From assembly GCA_963668355.1 (NCBI GenBank), contig OY764265.1, positions 256,001 through 320,000 of the forward strand: a stretch of 64,000 nt of DNA. Reading direction: 5' to 3'. The notes beneath the pieces were generated by a model. That model was not told the origin of the DNA. It saw only the letters and a list, made by a program, of their open reading frames with translations, and ran no database searches. Positions 36,544-47,744 of the stretch are shown one piece after another. This stretch comes from Bdellovibrionota bacterium. GTDB taxonomy: Bacteria; Bdellovibrionota_G; JALEGL01; DATDPG01. Each line of letters starts with the position of its first letter. The stretch's first letter is position 1. The translations under genes were made by a program, and so were the position numbers.

Positions 36544-36571
36544 ACGCGAAAAAAATGAAAGACTTCGAAGG

Positions 36572-36955
36572 CTATTTTATCTCGCGATAATTAACGGAAA
36601 TAGTTTCAACTCGACCTTGATCATGAATAAAACCATTGAGAAAAAAACTAATGAGGCTCACAAAAAGGGCGCCAAATAGAGCCGTCCAAAATCCATGAAT
36701 TTCAACTCCCGGAACCAGACCCGCGGTAATCCAAAAACAAAAAGCGTTAAGGACAAGCAAAAAGAAGCCCAAGGTAAAAAACGTTAAGGGCAGTGTTAGT
36801 AAAACCAGAATGGGGCGTACGAGGCCGTTAATGACACCTAAAAACAAGCCCGCCAGAAGCGCGGAAAAAATATTGTTGACTTCGATGCCAGAAAAGAGAG
36901 CGCCTACCGCCATGATAGCCACGGCATTAACGAAGATTCGAAGAAAAATTCCCAT
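36572..36955 (-). CDS. Phage holin family / YvlD-like membrane protein
   Basis: LGVINGLVRPILVLLTLPLTFFTLGFFLLVLNA signature. Confidence 0.88.
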   Translation of the reverse strand: MGIFLRIFVNAVAIMAVGALFSGIEVNNIFSALLAGLFLGVINGLVRPILVLLTLPLTFFTLGFFLLVLNAFCFWITAGLVPGVEIHGFWTALFGALFVSLISFFLNGFIHDQGRVETISVNYREIK

Positions 36956-37303
36956 GCCTGGGTTTTAGCGGAGTTGATTTTAATTTGAAAGTGAAAAAAT
37001 TCCGGGCCTACTTTTACTCTAAAAGGTCAACTATTCAATATGGCATCTATTCTGAATCATCGTTGGTTTTTTTAGGCTTCCCAAAGGCCCATTTTTCTTT
37101 TCTGACTTGATACGTTCACGGGAACCGTTTTAGCTATTCTATCCGTCTTGTCCACCAATGGACTTTAGCCTTTTAAAAAACGACATGAACCAGTGCAGTA
37201 GTCGGGTAGATTCCGACCGTCCTTCCCAGAACCGTCGAAGGCCGCTGATAATGCGGAGAAATAAGTGCTACAGGGTACTAGACCCTCATGGTAAAGAGGC
37301 GTT

Positions 37304-39346
37304 ATGAATCAAGCAATGGATCTGACCTGTATCAACACCATTCGAACACTTTCTATGGATGGAGTTCAGGCGGCCAACTCGGGGCATCCCGGAACGCCCA
37401 TGTCGATGGCGCCTGTGGCTTACACGCTTTGGCAAGAATTTCTCCGATTTGATCCTGAGCATGCCCAGTGGTTCAATCGCGATCGTTTCGTCCTGTCGAT
37501 CGGTCATGCTTCCATGCTCCTTTATTCTCTTTTGCATTTAGCCAACGTACGAGACGCCGATGGGAAGCAACCTTCGATTTCGCTGGACGACATTCGTGGG
37601 TTTCGACAACTCGAAAGCCGTTGTGCGGGACATCCCGAGTACGAATTGGCTCCCGGCATCGAGATGACTACTGGTCCCTTGGGACAGGGGGTAGCCACCA
37701 GCATTGGAATGGCGATGGCCGGACGGTGGCTGGCGGCTCGATTCAACCGCCCCGACCTTCAGCTTTTTGACTACGACGTATATGCACTCTGTGGAGATGG
37801 AGACATGATGGAGGGCATCTCCTCCGAAGCCGCTTCTCTGGCCGGGCATTTGAAGCTCTCCAACCTCTGTTGGATTTACGACCAGAATCAAATCACGATT
37901 GAAGGGAGAACGAACCTTACGTTCAGTGAAGATGTTTCGGCTCGTTTCTCCGCATACGGCTGGGATGTGGAAGAAGTTTCCGACGCCAACGACCTGAAAG
38001 CGCTCTCCGGGGCTTTTTCCCGATTTCGAGAGGGGACCGGCCGACCGCTTCTCATCGTGGTCAATAGTAGAATCGGGTTTGGTGCACCCAATAAAGAAGA
38101 TACTTCCTCGGCGCATGGCGAACCGCTGGGAGAAGAGGAGATTCGGGCGACCAAGCGAGGGTACGGATGGCCAGAGGATGCTACGTTTCTTGTTCCCGAA
38201 GGGGTGCGGGAGCATTTTCAAAATCATTTAGGAAAGCGAGGAAGGGAGCTCTTTTCTGCGTGGCAAACAACGTTTGCGCGATACCAAGCTGCATATCCCG
38301 ATCTGGCAGAAGAGTTAAAGACGATGGAGAACAGACAGCTTCCTGCGGGATGGGATCAGGATTTTCCTGTCTTTCCGCCGGACCCGAAAGGGATGGCGGG
38401 AAGAGTTGCATCGGGAAAAGTTCTTAATACGCTGGCGCAAAATATTCCCTGGCTGTTTGGTGGCTCGGCAGATCTTTCGCCATCTACAAAAACCCGTTTG
38501 ACCTTTGAAGGGGCGGGAGATTTTCAAAACGGAAGTTACCTTGGGCGCAATTTTCATTTTGGGATTCGTGAACATGCGATGGGTGCGATCCTCAACGGAC
38601 TTTCGCTCTGCAAGGTTCGACCGTTTGGTTCGGGATTTCTCATTTTCAGCGATTATGCCCGGCCGGCGATTCGTTTGAGCGCACTGATGGAACTTCCAAC
38701 GATTCATGTTTTCACGCACGATTCGATCGGCGTGGGAGAAGACGGGCCGACGCATCAACCAGTGGAGCAACTGGCTTCTCTCCGTGCGGTGCCAGGGCTG
38801 ATCGTTTTGCGACCGGCCGATGCCAATGAAGTTGTGGAAGCGTGGCGCATGATTTTGGAACTTCGCTCGGAACCGGTCGCACTGATTCTGTCGCGCCAAA
38901 ATCTGCCTACGTTAGATCGGAACCGGTATCGGCCGGCATCGGATCTAAAAAAAGGTGGATATGTTCTGGCCGATTCAGAAAAGGGGGAGCCAGAGGTGCT
39001 TTTATTGGCAACCGGCAGCAGCGTCTCTCTTGCAGTCGAGGCGTTCGAGCGGTTGTCGACCGAAGGGGTTCGTGCTCGCGTGGTGAGCCTCCCCTCTTGG
39101 GAACTTTTTGAACAACAGAGCGCAGCCTATCGAGATCAGGTTCTTCCGCCCGCCGTTACGGCCCGCGTTGCGATTGAAGAGGGGGTGACGATGGGGTGGG
39201 AGAAATATGTTGGGTCGAAGGGTAAGATATTGGGGATGAACTCGTTTGGGGCTTCGGCTCCAGCAAATGATTTGATGAAGAAGTTTGGATTTACGGTGGA
39301 CCATCTTATAACGGCCGTTCGGGAGCAGTTGATTGACGTAAAATGA
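37304..39346 (+). CDS. tkt: Transketolase
   Basis: ANSGHPG, TTGPLGQG, GDGDMMEG and THDSIGVGEDGPTHQP motifs. Confidence 0.97.
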   Translation: MNQAMDLTCINTIRTLSMDGVQAANSGHPGTPMSMAPVAYTLWQEFLRFDPEHAQWFNRDRFVLSIGHASMLLYSLLHLANVRDADGKQPSISLDDIRGFRQLESRCAGHPEYELAPGIEMTTGPLGQGVATSIGMAMAGRWLAARFNRPDLQLFDYDVYALCGDGDMMEGISSEAASLAGHLKLSNLCWIYDQNQITIEGRTNLTFSEDVSARFSAYGWDVEEVSDANDLKALSGAFSRFREGTGRPLLIVVNSRIGFGAPNKEDTSSAHGEPLGEEEIRATKRGYGWPEDATFLVPEGVREHFQNHLGKRGRELFSAWQTTFARYQAAYPDLAEELKTMENRQLPAGWDQDFPVFPPDPKGMAGRVASGKVLNTLAQNIPWLFGGSADLSPSTKTRLTFEGAGDFQNGSYLGRNFHFGIREHAMGAILNGLSLCKVRPFGSGFLIFSDYARPAIRLSALMELPTIHVFTHDSIGVGEDGPTHQPVEQLASLRAVPGLIVLRPADANEVVEAWRMILELRSEPVALILSRQNLPTLDRNRYRPASDLKKGGYVLADSEKGEPEVLLLATGSSVSLAVEAFERLSTEGVRARVVSLPSWELFEQQSAAYRDQVLPPAVTARVAIEEGVTMGWEKYVGSKGKILGMNSFGASAPANDLMKKFGFTVDHLITAVREQLIDVK

Positions 39347-40092
39347 TTCGAGTTTTTCCAACCCTTGAAGAGCTTGCTCAAGACGCTGCGAAGCTTATCT
39401 GCCAAGTCGCAGGAGAACGGATTCAAAAGTCGGGGCGTTGCACGATCGCGCTTTCAGGAGGGCAAACCCCCAAAACGCTCTACAATTTCTTGGCATCAGA
39501 TCTTTATCGGGACCGAATTAATTGGTCTCAAGTTGAAATCTTTTTTAGCGATGAACGAAGCGTACCGCCAGATCATGCCGATTCAAACTACCGAATGGCG
39601 TGGGAGTTGATGCTGTCGAGACTCCCAATGGCTAAAGGGCAAATTCATCGAATGAAAGCTGAACAAACTGATCTGAGTGCGGCCGCAGCGGACTACCAAG
39701 TTGAGATTGCGAATCGGTTTGGAATTTCCCCAGAAGGTCCGCCTCCCTCTTTGGATATCATTATATTGGGAATGGGGGGCGACGGACATACGGCCTCTCT
39801 TTTCCCGGGAACAGAAGTTCTTCAAGAGAACCAAAAGTGGGTAAGCGTTGGGCAGGGAGGGAGCCCAAAGAGTGGGCGAATGACCTTGACCGTTCCACTT
39901 CTGAATGCGGCCAAGCAGATTTTGTTTTTGGTTTCCGGAAGCGAAAAAGAATCAGCACTCAAGTCTGTTTTGGCAGAAGAGGGAGATCCCTTCCGTTACC
40001 CGGCCAGGTTGATTCGGCCGAACTCCGGAGAGTTAATTTGGTTTGTGGATGTGAAAGCGATGGATGAGGACTCGCAAGGGAGAGAAAAATGA
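39343..40092 (+). CDS. pgl: 6-phosphogluconolactonase
   Basis: ALSGGQTP, DER.VP and GMGGDGHTASLFP motifs. Confidence 0.95.
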   Translation: MIRVFPTLEELAQDAAKLICQVAGERIQKSGRCTIALSGGQTPKTLYNFLASDLYRDRINWSQVEIFFSDERSVPPDHADSNYRMAWELMLSRLPMAKGQIHRMKAEQTDLSAAAADYQVEIANRFGISPEGPPPSLDIIILGMGGDGHTASLFPGTEVLQENQKWVSVGQGGSPKSGRMTLTVPLLNAAKQILFLVSGSEKESALKSVLAEEGDPFRYPARLIRPNSGELIWFVDVKAMDEDSQGREK

Positions 40093-41630
40093 CCGAAGAG
40101 AAGCGTGCGCAATTCGACGTTGAAACGAAAAAAATCAACGGTTCCCCGATATTGAAAGAAAAAGGCGTCGAACCGTGTGTCATCGTCATTTTTGGTGCCA
40201 CTGGGGACTTGACCGCCCGAAAACTGATTCCGGCAATTTACAACTTGAACCTCAATGGCTCGTTGCCCGATGCAACCACGGTCGTTGGCGTGGGACGTCG
40301 GCCGAAGAGTTCAGCTGAGTTCCGGCAACATCTTCGAGAGGCCACCGAGGAATTTTCACGTCGAAAGCCGGTGGAAAAAAAGGCTTGGGATGCTTTGGCG
40401 GCGAACGTGGAGTATGTCTCAGGAGAGTATGACGACCCAAAAACGTTTCAGAAACTGAAATCCCAACTGGCCGAGATCGATCGATCGCGTGGTACGCAAG
40501 GAAATCGGCTCTATTATATGGCAACCCCTCCGGAGCTGTTTCCCATCCTTCTTACGAGTTTGGTGAAGGCTGGACTGATTTACCCTGCCGGAGAGGAGCC
40601 TTGGTCTCGCGTGATCATCGAAAAGCCGTTTGGAAAAGATCTCAACTCCGCGCGAGAGCTAAACCAACTTGTGGCCAAATCAATTGATGAGTCACAGACG
40701 TTTCGAATCGATCACTACTTAGGAAAAGAGACCGTTCAAAACATTTTGGTCTTTCGTTTTGGGAACTCCATTTTCGAACACCTCTGGAATCGAAAGTATA
40801 TCGATCATGTCCAGATTACCGCCGCGGAAACGATCGGCGTGGGGCATCGTGGATCGTTTTACGATGCGACCGGAGTGATTCGGGATGTGGTTCAGAACCA
40901 CCTTCTGCAGATTTTGGGACTGGTCGCCATGGAAGCTCCTGCTTCATTTTCGCCCGAGGACATCCGAGAGGAGAAGGCACAACTCTTTCGCTCGATTCGT
41001 CCGATTGTAGGGGAAGAAGCACGAGAGCAGGTCGTTTTGGGGCAGTATCAGGGGTATGGCAAGGAAGAAGGGGTTTCCGACGACTCGCGGACGCCAACGT
41101 TTGCTGGGATGAAAGTTATGGTGGACAACTGGCGCTGGCAAGGGGTTCCTTTTTATCTCCGCGCAGGAAAGAAATTGAGCCAACGTGTAACCGAGGTGTC
41201 AGTTCAATTTCAGTCCGTTCCGCTCTGTCTGTTTGGTCAGGAAGAGGCCTGTCAGGTGCTGGAGCCGAATGTCTTGACGATGCGAATTCAACCCGACGAG
41301 GGAATTTCCATGCGTTTTGTGTCGAAGGTTCCTGGGGAGCATCTCGCGGTGGGAAATGTTTTCATGAACATGAACTACGCAGAGGCCTTTGGCAAACCTC
41401 TTTCAGACGCCTATGAACGTCTTCTCTTAGATTGCATTCGGGGGGACGCCACCCTTTTTGCTCGGCGAGACAGCGTAGAAACCAGTTGGAAATTCATCAC
41501 CCCGATTTTGGAAGCTTGGGAAAATGAAACGAAATCATTTCTGCCATGCTATGAGCCGGGGAGTGAGGGACCCAAGGAAGCAAACCTGCTTCTTTCGCGT
41601 GATGGGCGCCGATGGCGAACGCTCGCGTAA
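40089..41630 (+). CDS. zwf: Glucose-6-phosphate 1-dehydrogenase
   Basis: GATGDL, EKPFG, RIDHYLGKE and RWQGVPFYLRAGK motifs. Confidence 0.97.
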   Translation: MTEEKRAQFDVETKKINGSPILKEKGVEPCVIVIFGATGDLTARKLIPAIYNLNLNGSLPDATTVVGVGRRPKSSAEFRQHLREATEEFSRRKPVEKKAWDALAANVEYVSGEYDDPKTFQKLKSQLAEIDRSRGTQGNRLYYMATPPELFPILLTSLVKAGLIYPAGEEPWSRVIIEKPFGKDLNSARELNQLVAKSIDESQTFRIDHYLGKETVQNILVFRFGNSIFEHLWNRKYIDHVQITAAETIGVGHRGSFYDATGVIRDVVQNHLLQILGLVAMEAPASFSPEDIREEKAQLFRSIRPIVGEEAREQVVLGQYQGYGKEEGVSDDSRTPTFAGMKVMVDNWRWQGVPFYLRAGKKLSQRVTEVSVQFQSVPLCLFGQEEACQVLEPNVLTMRIQPDEGISMRFVSKVPGEHLAVGNVFMNMNYAEAFGKPLSDAYERLLLDCIRGDATLFARRDSVETSWKFITPILEAWENETKSFLPCYEPGSEGPKEANLLLSRDGRRWRTLA

Positions 41631-41655
41631 GAGAAAAAACTTACGTGTCGAGACC

Positions 41656-42609
41656 CTAATTTTGCTCAGCATGTCCTCCAAATTCAAAGCGCATCGCGGA
41701 GAGCAGTCTATTTTGAAACTCTGATTCTCCGCGGGAATCAAAACGACTAAAGAGCGCGGCGGCCAAAACATGGAGAGGAACTCCTGCTTGAATCCCTGCT
41801 TCCAGCGTCCAACGCCCTTCGCCGGAGTCGCTCACCTTTGGGGAATGCTCTTTGAGCGTGGAACTCTGATTGAATGCAGAAGCGGTCAAATCCAGAAGCC
41901 ATGAGCTGATCACGCTCCCCCGACGCCAGACTTCTGCTACATTCGTCAGGTCGAAGTCGTACCCAAACTTGTCCCCTTTATGAAGGAGGTTAAATCCTTC
42001 GGCGTACGCCGCCATCAAACCGTATTCGATTCCGTTATGGACCATTTTCACAAAGTGCCCAGCCCCGTGAGGTCCGCAGTGCAAATATCCGAGTTCGGCT
42101 GTTCTAGGCCCACTCTTTTTCTCCGCTGTTTTCGGAATCGTCCCTTCACCTGGAGCCAGGGCTTGAAAGATCGGATCTAGATGGGAAACGGGTTCTTTCT
42201 CACCGCCAATCATCAGGCAGTAGCCACGTTTGAGTCCCCAGACTCCTCCACTCGTACCGACATCGATATAGTGAATTCCCTGGGAGGCTAGTTTTTTGGC
42301 TCGTATGATGTCGTTTCGAAAATCGCTGTTTCCACCGTCGATAACAATATCGCCGGATGCGCAAAGAGGAGTCAGTTCTTCAAGTGCGTTGTCTACGACA
42401 CCCGCGGGAACCATCAACCAGATGGATCTAGGGGAAGATAGATTCTTCGTGAGTTCTGGAAGGGAAGAGACTGTTGATATTCCTTCTTTTTTCATGGAAG
42501 CCAACGCCTCTTCCGAGCGGTCGTACACGACACAAGAGTGACCCGCAGCCTGGAGCCTTCGGACCATGTTGCTCCCCATTTTTCCTAAACCGATCATCCC
42601 AATTTCCAT
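41656..42609 (-). CDS. gnd: Decarboxylating 6-phosphogluconate dehydrogenase (short type)
   Basis: GMIGLGKMG, IDGGNS, GHFVKMVHNGIEYG, DSGEGRWT and FGGH motifs. Confidence 0.95.
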   Translation of the reverse strand: MEIGMIGLGKMGSNMVRRLQAAGHSCVVYDRSEEALASMKKEGISTVSSLPELTKNLSSPRSIWLMVPAGVVDNALEELTPLCASGDIVIDGGNSDFRNDIIRAKKLASQGIHYIDVGTSGGVWGLKRGYCLMIGGEKEPVSHLDPIFQALAPGEGTIPKTAEKKSGPRTAELGYLHCGPHGAGHFVKMVHNGIEYGLMAAYAEGFNLLHKGDKFGYDFDLTNVAEVWRRGSVISSWLLDLTASAFNQSSTLKEHSPKVSDSGEGRWTLEAGIQAGVPLHVLAAALFSRFDSRGESEFQNRLLSAMRFEFGGHAEQN

Positions 42610-42764
42610 AGCATTCCCTTTCTTTCGAAAAAGACATCTTGACCCTTTGACCTTCATCTTTCAAGGCCGAACGCGGTGAAGAAAGTGTGGCGGAGAAAGC
42701 CTCTTCACCCCTCATTTGTCCGAGACCCCCGGTCCTCTGCGGCCCCCGATTTCACTTCCTACCC

Positions 42765-45125
42765 TCAAAATCGTCGCAACCATTCCAATAGAGCAGAGAC
42801 GCGACTGGATTCATCTCCGGAAGCTGTGTGAAGTAAGGACGTTAAATACCAGCCATATCCCAATCGTTTTCGAATTCCGGCTTCCTGACCCTCATGGCCC
42901 GATCCCACAACCAAGGAAGTCCCCTCAGTGAGTTTCACGCTAGCGGAAACTTTTCCGGTTTCCGGGTTGTAACCCACCCGTTGGATGGGGGTCGATGCGA
43001 AAAGATAAAGAGAAGCTAAGGTAACGGCTCGATCAGCCATCGCAGCGCTCAACTTTCCCACGGATCCAGAGTCGGTCGAGTCCAAGCTGGAAAGAGGTTC
43101 TCCATAGATCAGGACCGAAAGAATCTCATTTTCCGGTAAGGGAGGAACGGACTCCATATGAACGGTCGGTTTCGCTAGGGTTCCTTTCAATTTGATCAAG
43201 ATCTTGTAGTCCACATAGTGAACGGAAACTAATCCATCAATTGGACTGTCATCGATAGGTTCTTTGAACTCGACTTTGAATGAATCAACGCGCGCATCCC
43301 TTCGAAACAAATCCAAAGGGGTTGAGCCAACATTCACCCAACCTTCAAGCTCCTCCGAGGGTTTCAAGCGAACATCCAATGAAATCGGTAAGGGTTCTTT
43401 CGTATACTTGCTTAAGATTTCGATGCCATTCTCTGCTTTGGTTTTCAAAGATATATCGTTGGCTATGGAAAATGATTTTTCGTCTATGACCTTGGTCTCT
43501 TCTGTGAGGGGCTCTCTCCGCACGAATCGACCATCCAGGGCAAACCGCGGAATTGGATAGGGGTTCATCGGAGGTAGCGCGATGCGAATCTTTTTAATGT
43601 CGACGTTCACAATATTTTGAAGTGATTCCGGTTTCCCATGGTTTAGTTTGAGTTCACTTGTTCCCCGCGTGGTAAATTGAAGCGACTGCAATTCCGATTT
43701 CAAATTCGATTCAATCGAGAGTGAGATCTTTAGGATGTCTCCCCCGAAAGGTAGGATTGGCTTAATTTTCAGAAAGATTCGGCCGTCTAACATTCTCAAA
43801 GGCGCAGGGACGCCATAGTCTCCGTTTCCCAAAGCGGACACGAGAAATTGAAAGTGTTTTATGTCCAAGTGAAGGTCACCGTTTAAACCCACCTGCATGG
43901 CTTCAAGCTCATTCACTCGACCCTTGGTCGTAGCATCGAGCACGCCATAGAACGTCATCCAGGAATTTTCGATTCGATCGATGCTGGCATGAAAACTCGT
44001 CTTCCAAAACTGGGACGGCTGCGGAAGAATTCCTTGGTGCTCGATGCGAGAGGTTACCTTGGCATGAAGAGTTTTCGGTAATTCGAGGTTTAGATCTTGA
44101 TGGCGTTGCATCGCCGACTCACCGAAGTCGATCTGAAGGGGACAGTTGATCGTTGTCAAATCATTCAGGAGCTGCGCGTGACAATTTTTGATCTGAACTT
44201 CTTGAATATCCGCGAGGGTCGGATGAGCCGTGGCGGAGAAATCAGCACTAATCCGTTTCTTTTCGGCTACAACATCGGCTTGGAGATGTAGGTCGCCCTG
44301 ACTTGTCTGCGTATCGGCCGTAAGGGCGATTTTCGCCTGTTTTTGATCTGAAGGAATGGATGCATTCAAATGGATCTTTCCCGAAGCTGTCCCAGGAAGG
44401 TCGAAGCGAAGACGAAGATTCGCTTGGACATCGCCCGATTGAAAGTGACTTTTGGATTCCAAGGTTCCCGAAAGGGCAAAGGTTCTTTGGCTTTGCTGAT
44501 CCTTCAATTCTCCCAAAATTTCAATGTCACCCAATTTCTTTTTGACCGGCTTCATGTCGATTCGGAGATGTCCCTTTAGATCTCCCGCTTTCGGATCCAC
44601 CCAGACGAGATCAGGAATATCGATCGTGGCCGATTTAAACACAGTCTTTGAGAAGATTTCGGGCAATTTCGCGAGCGAGAGATCGATCTCTCGAATGGGG
44701 TCGCCTGGTGCTTTCGAATCCGATTTCTTCTTGGAAGACGGTGAGGAACCGTCCAGAATGACATGTCCCCCCGTCATGTGGATGGGACCCAAGACGGATA
44801 TTTCCGGAAGACCAAATTTCGCCGACCATTGAATCTTCGTCGAAATGGATTTGAAGCATGCCTTTTTAAGCGTTTCTTGGGTCTCGACGCATGTGTCTTC
44901 CGCCGAAAAAGACCAATTTTGTGTCAGGATCCCCTCGCCTGTTTTCTGGCTTTCAAAATTCTTCCACGAAAGCTGAATCCCTTTCGCACTTAAGTAATCC
45001 TTTAGAGCATCCGCAGCCTTATCGCCAAGGTAATCCAGGAGTCCGGCCGATGCACTGGACGGGATGCAAACAAAGAGGAAGAAACTAAGAGCCTTCAGAG
45101 TTCTGAATCGATGAGGGCGCATCAA
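42765..45125 (-). CDS. TamB-like translocation/assembly module protein
   Basis: Signal peptide, beta-rich body, C-terminal GTLAKP...S.PPLPENEILS.LIYG motif; adjacent to an Omp85 gene. Confidence 0.7.
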   Translation of the reverse strand: MMRPHRFRTLKALSFFLFVCIPSSASAGLLDYLGDKAADALKDYLSAKGIQLSWKNFESQKTGEGILTQNWSFSAEDTCVETQETLKKACFKSISTKIQWSAKFGLPEISVLGPIHMTGGHVILDGSSPSSKKKSDSKAPGDPIREIDLSLAKLPEIFSKTVFKSATIDIPDLVWVDPKAGDLKGHLRIDMKPVKKKLGDIEILGELKDQQSQRTFALSGTLESKSHFQSGDVQANLRLRFDLPGTASGKIHLNASIPSDQKQAKIALTADTQTSQGDLHLQADVVAEKKRISADFSATAHPTLADIQEVQIKNCHAQLLNDLTTINCPLQIDFGESAMQRHQDLNLELPKTLHAKVTSRIEHQGILPQPSQFWKTSFHASIDRIENSWMTFYGVLDATTKGRVNELEAMQVGLNGDLHLDIKHFQFLVSALGNGDYGVPAPLRMLDGRIFLKIKPILPFGGDILKISLSIESNLKSELQSLQFTTRGTSELKLNHGKPESLQNIVNVDIKKIRIALPPMNPYPIPRFALDGRFVRREPLTEETKVIDEKSFSIANDISLKTKAENGIEILSKYTKEPLPISLDVRLKPSEELEGWVNVGSTPLDLFRRDARVDSFKVEFKEPIDDSPIDGLVSVHYVDYKILIKLKGTLAKPTVHMESVPPLPENEILSVLIYGEPLSSLDSTDSGSVGKLSAAMADRAVTLASLYLFASTPIQRVGYNPETGKVSASVKLTEGTSLVVGSGHEGQEAGIRKRLGYGWYLTSLLHTASGDESSRVSALLEWLRRF

Positions 45126-46896
45126 AACTCCTCTCCGAAGCTAACGTAAAACTGATGACCCGTAAGCCGCTCGTTCGCGGGGTCATTATTGTTAAGCAAA
45201 AGTCCGCGTGCATAGGTTCCTCGCAAAACGCCGATGGGAGATTCCCATCGGAGTCCCACACCTGGGTTCCAATAGATGGTTTTCTTGAGTGAAAATGAGC
45301 GATCCCCCGTGGCTCCGAAATCAGCGAATACAAAGGGCTGAATATTAAATGGAAGCACCTCTACAAATCGCGACTCAAGTCCAACATAGGCCGTCGATAG
45401 AGCACCTGTGCGATCTGGATTGACTTCCAAGGGGATGTCGTTGCGCGAGAAACCTCGTAAATCCTCCGAGCCTCCCAAGTAATGAACAAACTGAGGAGGA
45501 AGGCGAAGAAATTGAGGATCGTTTCGGTCCGCAACCGTGGTTCGAAAAGCGTAGCGTGTTCCAAAAACCAGAAAGGGAGGACTTAGGTTGGCGACATTCC
45601 AAAGGTGTTCGCCGCTAAATGAGAGGCGCTGTGCCGTAACGTCGGAGAAAACATCTCTTCGATTTAGATTTACGCTCGCTTCAAAAGAATACCCGGAGCG
45701 AGGCGCCGTGCTGAAAAACTCAAAATCGTGTGACATGAGACTGGCCCTCACGATGCCCGACAAAAATCTCGTGTCGCCTTTTTGTGCCCCTTCAAAAGTT
45801 CGTGTCCAACTCCACTCGGGAATGACCCCAAGGGTTCCATGTCCCCAAACGTTATCCCAGGTGACATATGGGCCCATTCCCGCACGCGTTGTAATTGTAT
45901 AAAACTGATCCTCCTGCTCGCGCGAAAACGAAACTTCCGGCCTTAGATAAAGCCTGGAGGGTGTGTGAAGAAAATACCAATCGAATCCAGTCGTAATCGT
46001 CTGTTCTAAGAAAGAAGCATACAAATCAATCTCAAACGTCGATCCCAAGTTATTGAGACGATGAACCGTAAAGTTGGCACGGGAGAGGACCAAACCTTCC
46101 GTATCTGCACCGACGCCAATTCTGAAGACGCGGGGCTCGCCTGCGATAATTTCTTCTCGAATGTCCAGATCATCATTCGAAGCGCAGTTTGGAATCAGGT
46201 GGGCTGTTTGAACAATGCCGTCCTCTTCCATTCTTCGCGTGGAAAGTTGATTGAGCATTCCATTATAAGGATCACCCTTCCGAAAGGCGTAATACCGATC
46301 CAAGACACCCAGTTTGAGGTCATCCAGTTTTTTGCGATTCACCTCAGGATAGACATAGGTCTCCCCTTCGTGAATATGCAAATGGACATCTCCGGAAGGG
46401 ATAAAAGCCTGTGTCGAAATTTTTGCACAGGGGTGAGCCTTTTTTGAAGCTCAAACGGCGCCCACGTTTCGAGCTGATCTAAGTAGGAAGGGGTGAGTGG
46501 TTCGCCGGTCAGAAACCGACGCTTGTCTAGATTTGGGTAGGAAACCTTGGGATCCTTTTTAATGACAGACCGGACGATGGTCCGTGGGCCGGGTAGGATA
46601 ATGAGATTTTCGCTTTCGATCTGGAACGTGGGCTCGTGGTAGGCACGTTCTTGAAGAAAGGGCGTGATGAAGAGTTTGACTTGGTTGAACGGAATCTCGG
46701 CCCAGCTCTTCGATTTTGGGAAACCACAAATCATTCCCCGCTCATTTTCAGAAAAGCGAATGGACGCATCCCCTCGGATAAAAACCCGATCGCAGAGCTT
46801 TTGATCTTTGGGAGCCTTGGCTGAGGCCGCAAAGCCAGAGGAAGCCCAGGCCAACGAAATGGCTAGGAGAACAAGGATATTCCGGCTCAAATACAC
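45122..46896 (-). pseudogene. TamA/BamA-like Omp85 outer-membrane protein split by a frameshift near 46440
   Basis: N-part 46339-46896 has a signal peptide; C-part has LGGSEDLRGF, GVGLRWESPIG and terminal F; frames join at a T6 run (46440-46445). Confidence 0.75.
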
Positions 46897-47146
46897 GGCC
46901 CCTACTTACCCAATCTCCCTGCCATTTGGAAGAGCCAACGCGGGAGGAGCGAACCACGGGGCCTCCTTATAGGAAAAACCTTTCTGTAATGCCTGAAAAA
47001 AAGAGAATCTGATGGCCCTTTCTGTAGTTCAGGTGACAGCTATTTCCCCTGATCATTTACAGAACGAAGTTCCATCCCTTCGAACATTTTTACGGTTTTC
47101 CTCCTCACAGCCTTGATGATCCAGACAATGCGGGGCACCACAATAT

Positions 47147-47189
47147 GTCGCTTTTTTCGACGATGCACGCTCAAACTTCCTTATAGTCG
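47147..47189 (+). promoter_or_regulatory. Island LysR-type motif copy I (truncated lipoprotein gene)
   Basis: Reverse complement reads cgactataaggaagt-N13-gtcgaaaaaagcgac. Confidence 0.78.
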
Positions 47190-47344
47190 TTTGGTGGTCG
47201 TGGAGGTACACGCTAGGGGAGATATGTTGGTTGGTGAACCGGTTGTGCGCCAAGAATAGTGAGCGCAATCCGTCGTCTTTTCATCACGACCATTCAAGCA
47301 CCGAACTCCATGTGGGGTGAGAACTGTATCAATGAGGAAAACAT

Positions 47345-47460
47345 CATGAACAAACATCCCCAGCACAAAAGACTCGGGCTCCTTTTAACCTTTTGTTTTT
47401 TAATCTCAATGTTAGGTGCATGCGCACGCACCATGAGCTCAACAAACAAACAGCAACTGC
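47345..47460 (+). pseudogene. Lipoprotein N-terminal fragment
   Basis: GAGG RBS, MNKHPQHKRLGLLLTFCFLISMLGAC lipobox, then runs into an opposite-strand gene fragment. Confidence 0.5.
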
Positions 47461-47647
47461 GCTTCAGAAATCTTCCTGCTCGCTCGCCTTCCTCCTTCGT
47501 GAAATCCCCCGCCTTCTCAAGCTGATCTGCCGACGCATCGACAGCCAGGTGAAGCCATTCCATTGACTTCTCTCTGCCCGTCATAAGTTGTTCCTTGGTC
47601 TTTGAGGCCAACTTTTCAAAGTTGGAAATTTCGCGGTCTTCATTCAT
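47455..47647 (-). pseudogene. N-terminal fragment of a helical protein (resembles the N-terminus of zinc-ribbon-containing proteins)
   Basis: GAGGAG RBS; MNEDREISNFEKLAS...GDFTKEEGERAGRFLKR, after which the frame reads as antisense of the lipoprotein fragment. Confidence 0.5.
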
Positions 47648-47744
47648 GGGGTCTCCTCTTTCCTGTCACGCTTTGTGCCTGAGCTTGTAAGTTTAGTGGG
47701 CGGCACCCTCGGCCTTGGCCCATCCACACATCCGTTTGCATAGT

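Noticed and set aside
36572..36955. Prophage suggested by a holin-family gene
   Set aside because: YvlD-like family is common in chromosomes; no phage genes nearby.
46436..46450. Programmed -1 frameshift in the tamA-like gene
   Set aside because: In-frame context CAA AAA AGG is not a canonical slippery heptamer; an indel is simpler.
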